Shown: positions 58,497 to 64,000 of the stretch, one piece after another
How the letters are laid out: every line of letters starts with the position of its first letter
Numbering within the stretch: position 1 is the first letter of the stretch
NCBI GenBank assembly: GCA_040753015.1
Contig: JBFMHM010000001.1
Coordinates: forward strand, 211,157 to 275,156
From: Candidatus Omnitrophota bacterium
Lineage (GTDB): Bacteria > Omnitrophota > Gorgyraeia > Gygaellales > JBFMHM01
Direction: 5' to 3'
DNA length: 64,000 bases
Position numbers and translations under genes: made by a program
Notes under the pieces: generated by a model
Database searches by the model: none
What the model saw: the letters and a program-made list of their open reading frames with translations, nothing else
Told to the model about the DNA's origin: nothing

Positions 58497-59207
58497 TTAA
58501 GAAGCTGAATCTATCGCGGCTTTTAACGTAAACTTTTGTTCATACAAGGCCTTGCCAACAATTACGCCAAAAAGCCCTTTTATTTTGTTTAAATTTTTGA
58601 TGTCTTCCAAGCTAGACACACCACCCGAGGCAATCACTGACATCTTGGTTGCCTTAACTAGGTTATCAATTGCCTCAATATTTGGTCCAGAAAGCATACC
58701 ATCGCGAGAAATATCAGTATAAATAATTGTTTTAACTCCGACATTCTCTAGCTCTTTAATAAAACTATTAATTGTGATATCCGTGTCTTTAAGCCATCCA
58801 TTTATTTTTAGCTTATCGAAATCTGCATCAAGGCCAACAACAATTCTTTCTTTAAATTCTAAGACTACATCTTTTAGGAAATTTTTATCAATTGCTTTTG
58901 TACCTAAAATTACACGAGAAATTCCCGCGTCCATTACTTTCTTAATTGCTTCTTTTGTCCTAAGGCCTCCGCCAAACTCAACTGGTATATTTAAATTTTT
59001 AGCAATCTCAATTACCAAAGCTAAATTTTTTGGTTCACCGGTAAATGCTCCATCTAAATCAACAATATGAATTAACTTTGCGCCTTGCGCCTGCCAATCT
59101 AAAGCTACGTTAAGAGGGCTATCAGAGTAAATCTTCTTATCAAACTGTCCTTTTGCGTATCTAACTACAACACCGTCTTTTAAATCAATTGCGGGAATAA
59201 TAATCAT
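58497..59207 (-). CDS. hisA: ProFAR isomerase
   Basis: IPAIDL, HIVDLDGA, GGGLR, TDISRDG. Confidence 0.96.
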   Translation of the reverse strand: MIIIPAIDLKDGVVVRYAKGQFDKKIYSDSPLNVALDWQAQGAKLIHIVDLDGAFTGEPKNLALVIEIAKNLNIPVEFGGGLRTKEAIKKVMDAGISRVILGTKAIDKNFLKDVVLEFKERIVVGLDADFDKLKINGWLKDTDITINSFIKELENVGVKTIIYTDISRDGMLSGPNIEAIDNLVKATKMSVIASGGVSSLEDIKNLNKIKGLFGVIVGKALYEQKFTLKAAIDSAS

Positions 59208-59806
59208 AATTCAATAAAATTCTTTAGTATTTTTAATCCTAATGCTTGGCTCTTTTCCGGATGGAATTGAATACCAAATAGGTTATCTTTTATAATAACC
59301 GCGGGAAAATTAATACCATAATTTGATCTAGCAAAAACTAATTTTTTGTCTTTAGGTGCTACGTAGTAAGAATGACAAAAATAAAAAAAACTAGTATTGG
59401 TAATACCATTAAAAAGAGGGTGCATTTTTGTTATTGCAATTTGATTCCAACCAATATGGGGAATTTTAACATTAGAAGGGAATTTTTTAACTTGGCCATG
59501 AAGTACGCCTAGCCCCTTCACGCCTTTTGCCTCTTGGCTTTTTTCGAATAGAACTTGCAGCCCTAAACAAAGACCTAAAAATGGTTTATTATTGTTTATC
59601 TGGTCTTTAATTACTGGAATAAGACGAAGTTTTTTTAAATTATTAATTGCAGCACCAAATGCGCCTACGCCGGGAAAAACTAATTTTTTAGCGCATTCAA
59701 TATCTTTGATTTTATCTGTAATTATGATCTTTTCGTTTGTAATATGCTCAAGGGCTTTTGACACAGATCTTAAATTGCCCATACCATAATCAATAACTAC
59801 AATCAT
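59204..59806 (-). CDS. hisH: Imidazole glycerol phosphate synthase glutaminase subunit
   Basis: DYGMGN, PGVG, GLCLG, QFHPEKS. Confidence 0.97.
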   Translation of the reverse strand: MIVVIDYGMGNLRSVSKALEHITNEKIIITDKIKDIECAKKLVFPGVGAFGAAINNLKKLRLIPVIKDQINNNKPFLGLCLGLQVLFEKSQEAKGVKGLGVLHGQVKKFPSNVKIPHIGWNQIAITKMHPLFNGITNTSFFYFCHSYYVAPKDKKLVFARSNYGINFPAVIIKDNLFGIQFHPEKSQALGLKILKNFIEL

Positions 59807-60396
59807 AAATCAAGAACACCTTTTGTCGAAGGAACTTCTTTTCTGCGGCTGTCGATAGATATTGCCATAGACAAACTTAAAGCAAGCGACTTAAAAACTG
59901 CTTCGATGAAATGATGCGTATCACTCGAACCAAGGTCTTCAGCATAGGTTATATGCAAAGCAAGTTTGTTATGTGAAACAAACGATTCTAAAAATGTTTT
60001 AAAATCATGTGCTTTTAAATCTAAATTTTCGCTTATTGCAGGGATATTAAATTTTAAAAAAGGCCTGCCGCTTAAATCAATTGCTGTACTTACTAAAATT
60101 TCATCCATTGGCATTGTACTATAACCAAACCGTTTAATCCCTTTTGCCTCACCTATTGCTTTTTTAAATGCTTCGCCTAAAGTGATTCCAATATCTTCAA
60201 CAATATGATGCTGCAAATCTCCTTTTGCAGAAAGCTTCAAATCGAAAAACCCGTGAAAGCAAAAAAGTGTCAGCATGTGGTCTAATGATTTAAAACCAGT
60301 ATCAATTTCTGACTTCCCTGTACCATCAATGTTTAATTTTACAGAGATATCTACTTCGTTAGTCTTTCTCTTTATTATTGCAATTCGTTTCTTCAT
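59803..60396 (-). CDS. hisB: Imidazoleglycerol-phosphate dehydratase
   Basis: RKTNE, HHIVED, PMDE, HHFIEA, PSTKG. Confidence 0.95.
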   Translation of the reverse strand: MKKRIAIIKRKTNEVDISVKLNIDGTGKSEIDTGFKSLDHMLTLFCFHGFFDLKLSAKGDLQHHIVEDIGITLGEAFKKAIGEAKGIKRFGYSTMPMDEILVSTAIDLSGRPFLKFNIPAISENLDLKAHDFKTFLESFVSHNKLALHITYAEDLGSSDTHHFIEAVFKSLALSLSMAISIDSRRKEVPSTKGVLDL

Positions 60397-61616
60397 AAAA
60401 ACCTCTCTTTTACTGATTGAAGATGCTTAGGTAACCCTTCAATACAAGCTAACTTTTCTAATGGCTCTCTTATTTTCTCCAGTGCCTTTTTTGAATAAGA
60501 AATTATATGCGATGATTTCATAAAATCTTGGATATTTAATGCAGAAAAAAACCTTGCTGTTCCACCTGTCGGTAAAACATGGCTAGGCCCTGCGATATAA
60601 TCTCCGATACAAACTGGGCTGTAGGGGCCCAAAAATATTGCTCCGGCATTTTTAACTTTTTTGATTAACGATGAAGGTATCGTTTTAATTAAAATTTGCA
60701 AATGCTCAGGGGCGATATCATTTGCAATTTTTATTGCCTCATCCAAATTTTTAGCAAAAATTGCATAACCAGAATCAATCTTACCTTTTAAATGTTTAAT
60801 TAAACTTTTCGATGTCGTAATTAAAACAGCTAATCCTCCGGCATGCTCCGCCTGCGAAAAAAGATCTGCCAAAACAAAGTTTTGTGGACTAAAGTTATTC
60901 GCAATTACTACAACCTCTGATGGCCCGGCAAGCATATCAATATCACAATAGCCAAAAAGCTGCCTCTTTGCTTCTGTTACAAAACGATTGCCTGGCCCAA
61001 AGATTTTATCTACTTTAGGAATAGTTTTGGTACCAAAAGCGAGCGCGGCAATACTTTGAGCCCCTCCAACTTTATATATTTCATTAACTTTAAGTAAATC
61101 ACTGACTACTAAAATATACGGATTTACAAACCCATCTTTTCCTGGAGGCGTAGTCAAAATAATCCTTTTAACACCGGCAATCTGAGCAGGTAAAACTGTC
61201 ATATAAACTGTAGAAAAAAGTGGCGCTGTTCCACTTGGTATATAAATACCAACTTTGTCTAGCGGGTTAAATATCTCCCCCAAAACAATACCGTCGCTAT
61301 CTTTCATCTTCCAAGGATGCTTAATTTGTTTTCTATAGAATTTTGTTACATTCTCAATAATTATTTTTAAAGTTGAAACAAAGTTTGGATCAATAGAATT
61401 ATAGGCAGCGCTTATTTCATTTTGCGAAACCTTCAAATTCTTAGATAATATTTTCACCTTATCAAATTTTTTTGTATATTTAGTTATCGCGTCATCGCCA
61501 TAAATCCTAACATCGCCGATAATTTTTTTAACACGCTCCCTGAGATGATCGCTCGTCACAAGGTTTCGATTAATAATTTTATTCCATTCCTGGCTTGAAG
61601 TTTTAATTACTTTCAT
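60393..61616 (-). CDS. hisD: Histidinol dehydrogenase
   Basis: GGAQ, GPGN, DMLAGPSE, QAEH, APEHL, GPSHVLPT. Confidence 0.96.
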   Translation of the reverse strand: MKVIKTSSQEWNKIINRNLVTSDHLRERVKKIIGDVRIYGDDAITKYTKKFDKVKILSKNLKVSQNEISAAYNSIDPNFVSTLKIIIENVTKFYRKQIKHPWKMKDSDGIVLGEIFNPLDKVGIYIPSGTAPLFSTVYMTVLPAQIAGVKRIILTTPPGKDGFVNPYILVVSDLLKVNEIYKVGGAQSIAALAFGTKTIPKVDKIFGPGNRFVTEAKRQLFGYCDIDMLAGPSEVVVIANNFSPQNFVLADLFSQAEHAGGLAVLITTSKSLIKHLKGKIDSGYAIFAKNLDEAIKIANDIAPEHLQILIKTIPSSLIKKVKNAGAIFLGPYSPVCIGDYIAGPSHVLPTGGTARFFSALNIQDFMKSSHIISYSKKALEKIREPLEKLACIEGLPKHLQSVKERFL

Positions 61617-64000
61617 TGCTTACTCAATTTTTTTTCTATCGATTTTTGTATCGAATCTAAAGCTGCGTTTAGATTTTTTATTTCTTTGCCTCCGGCTTGA
61701 GCAAAATCATCCCTACCGCCGCCTGAACCGTTAATAAGGCTAGATACTTCTTTAATTAGACTAACAGCGCTTATCCCTTTATCTACTAGATCTTTCGTTA
61801 TAGCAATAACTAAAAATAAACCATCCATTTTTTTAGAGCTAAAAATAACTGCTCCCGAAGATACCTTCATTCTTGTTAAATCTACCAACCTACGCAACAT
61901 ATTAATATCTAAATCTTCAAAATTTTCTTTTATTATCCTGCTAGAATTTACCAATACTGCTTTATCCACATAGCTACCTACTTCTTTCTCATAAAATTTT
62001 AAATGAATAGAGTTTTTATTCTGTTCGATATTCTTAATTTTTATATTTAGGTCATTTATTACCTGGAGCAGTTCTCTTTCTCTTCTATCCTGCATTTCAA
62101 AACTCTTTCTGCCGGTCACAGCTTCAATCCTACGTATGCCTTTCGCCGAAGAACCTTCGCTAATGATTCTAAAACTACCAATAGATCCAGTACTATCTAA
62201 ATGCGTTCCACCGCAAAGTTCCTTTGAAAAATTAGAGATACTAACTACACGGACTTTCTCGCCATATTTTTCTTCAAAGAAAGCAAGCGCACCCTGTTTT
62301 TGCGCCTGCTTCAAAGATAAGTTCTTAGTAGCAACTTTATCATTATTCATAATTTTATCGTTAACTATCTCTTCAACACGTTTTGTTTCTTCTTCCGTTA
62401 ACGCCTTGAAATGAGTAAAATCAAAACGTAGATAATCGGAATCTACGAAAGAACCGGCTTGACGTACATGCTGACCTAACACTTTACGCAAGGCAAATTG
62501 CAATATATGGGTTGCTGTATGCGCGCGCCTACGGCTGGACCTTAAAACAACATCGATCTCTAAATTAACCGAGGTAGACCTCTTAAGGCTACCTTTTTCT
62601 AATTTACCTATATGTAAAATTATATCTGCAATTTTTTTTGTATCTAAAACTTTGAATTCGCAATTTTTATTATAAATTTTGCCCTGATCTCCCAGCTGTC
62701 CGCCGCTTTCAGGATAAAAACAGGTTTTATCTAAAATAAGGCTAACTTCTTCGCCGATATTAACTTCATTAATCAATTTATCACCTTTTAAAATACCTAA
62801 TAATTTAGAAGAAGACAACGCTTCATAATTATAACCTAGAAAGATGGTCGGTTTTATGCTAATAATTTTTTTATTTCCAAAGATATCTCCGGAAAATTTT
62901 GCTTTTTTCTTTGAACGCTCTTTCTGCTCATCTAAATAAATCTTAAATTCCGCCTCATCTAATATTATATTTTTATTTTTTAACCAGTCTTTTGTGATTT
63001 CAACTGGAATGCCATAAGTATCATATAAATTAAAAGCAATTAGGCCCGTGCCTTGTTGTCTAGTTACCCCTAAAAAACTCTCCTCTAGTAATCTCGCGGC
63101 TGTTTTAAGCGTATGATAAAAACTCTTTTCTTCGTGCTGTAGCAGCTGGCTTATATCTTCTTTCCTTTTGTCAATTTCCGGGTATGCGCCTTTCATCACA
63201 AGCCCTATAGTCGGAACAATCTTATATAGAAATGGCTTGTCAATTTTAATTTTTTTTGCCTCAAGAATTGCCTTACGAATTAACTTTCTAATTACATACC
63301 CCCTGTCTTCGCTCGAAGGAATCACGCCGTCACTAACAGCGAAAACGATCGCCCTTAAATGATCAGCGATTATGTTAAAGGATTCTCTTTTATCAATATA
63401 TTTAATCTTCGATTGTCTTTCCAATTCTTTAATCAACGGCTCAAAGATATCAATTTCAAAATTAGTAAATTTACCTTGCATTACAGATGCAATCCGCTCA
63501 AGGCCCATTCCAGTATCAATATTTTTGTTTGGTAACGGCTCTAATATTCCACCGTCTCTTCTATTAAACTGAGTAAATACTAAATTCCAAACTTCAACAA
63601 ACCTCTTGCTTGATTTTCCACAATTACATCCGGGCTTACAGCCTTTACCACAGCCAAAAGATTCTCCCCAATCAAAAAATATCTCTGAACATGGACCACA
63701 AGGACCATTTGGCCCATTTTTTATCGCATCTTGTGGCCAAAAATTATCGCTTGCGCCAAGCTTTACGATTTTTTCTTCGGGAATCTTTATAACGCTGTGC
63801 CAAATTTTATAAGCTTCGTCGTCCTCTAAATAAACCGAAACCCAAATATTATTAGGATTTATTTTTAATTCTTGTGTAAGAAATTCCCACGCCCAAGATA
63901 TCGCCTCTTTTTTAAAATAATCTCCAAAAGAAAAATTCCCCAACATTTCAAAAAATGTATGATGGGAAGGAGTCTTCCCCACTTTATCCAAATCATCAGT
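61613..64000 (-). CDS. alaS: Alanyl-tRNA synthetase, 5' end beyond the window
   Basis: HHTFFEMLGNFSFGDYFK, DTGMGLER, HTATH, ELCGGTH, GGGRDDFAQAGG. Confidence 0.97.
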   Translation of the reverse strand, partial: TDDLDKVGKTPSHHTFFEMLGNFSFGDYFKKEAISWAWEFLTQELKINPNNIWVSVYLEDDEAYKIWHSVIKIPEEKIVKLGASDNFWPQDAIKNGPNGPCGPCSEIFFDWGESFGCGKGCKPGCNCGKSSKRFVEVWNLVFTQFNRRDGGILEPLPNKNIDTGMGLERIASVMQGKFTNFEIDIFEPLIKELERQSKIKYIDKRESFNIIADHLRAIVFAVSDGVIPSSEDRGYVIRKLIRKAILEAKKIKIDKPFLYKIVPTIGLVMKGAYPEIDKRKEDISQLLQHEEKSFYHTLKTAARLLEESFLGVTRQQGTGLIAFNLYDTYGIPVEITKDWLKNKNIILDEAEFKIYLDEQKERSKKKAKFSGDIFGNKKIISIKPTIFLGYNYEALSSSKLLGILKGDKLINEVNIGEEVSLILDKTCFYPESGGQLGDQGKIYNKNCEFKVLDTKKIADIILHIGKLEKGSLKRSTSVNLEIDVVLRSSRRRAHTATHILQFALRKVLGQHVRQAGSFVDSDYLRFDFTHFKALTEEETKRVEEIVNDKIMNNDKVATKNLSLKQAQKQGALAFFEEKYGEKVRVVSISNFSKELCGGTHLDSTGSIGSFRIISEGSSAKGIRRIEAVTGRKSFEMQDRRERELLQVINDLNIKIKNIEQNKNSIHLKFYEKEVGSYVDKAVLVNSSRIIKENFEDLDINMLRRLVDLTRMKVSSGAVIFSSKKMDGLFLVIAITKDLVDKGISAVSLIKEVSSLINGSGGGRDDFAQAGGKEIKNLNAALDSIQKSIEKKLSKQ

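Overview
AT-rich bacterial chromosome segment in which every gene I can support (about 75 CDS and one tRNA) lies on the minus strand, mostly with overlapping or abutting stop/start codons. Gene content and style suggest Candidatus Omnitrophota (inference only). Housekeeping blocks: nadX-panC-folK, lysine (dapL/B/A/F, lysA), arginine, rpsI/rplM, truA-asd-leuBDC, fatty acid/plsX/rpmF, coaD-rsmD-recG-mtaB-rsmE, rsmA-pdxA-surA-mfd-secDF-yajC, trpE, his, and partial alaS. A type IV pilus/T2SS-like locus at 32.4-45.3 kb holds seven pilins, PilC, a MshEN-type PilB, a secretin and PilP/O/MN-like genes, with a CHASE2-GGDEF cyclase beside it. Most notable: (1) two toxin-antitoxin modules are stacked in the pilin cluster, each preceded by a duplicated copy of the first ~18 codons of one pilin gene; (2) inverted heptamer-repeat arms occur around a deleted four-helix-bundle gene, as an empty cassette, and as solo arms translated inside proteins; (3) GTAG-type and CCGCC-type palindromic repeats have inserted in frame into housekeeping genes and at stop/start junctions. 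No transposase or recombinase that could move these elements is in the window. All product calls come from motif recognition by eye, not from database searches.
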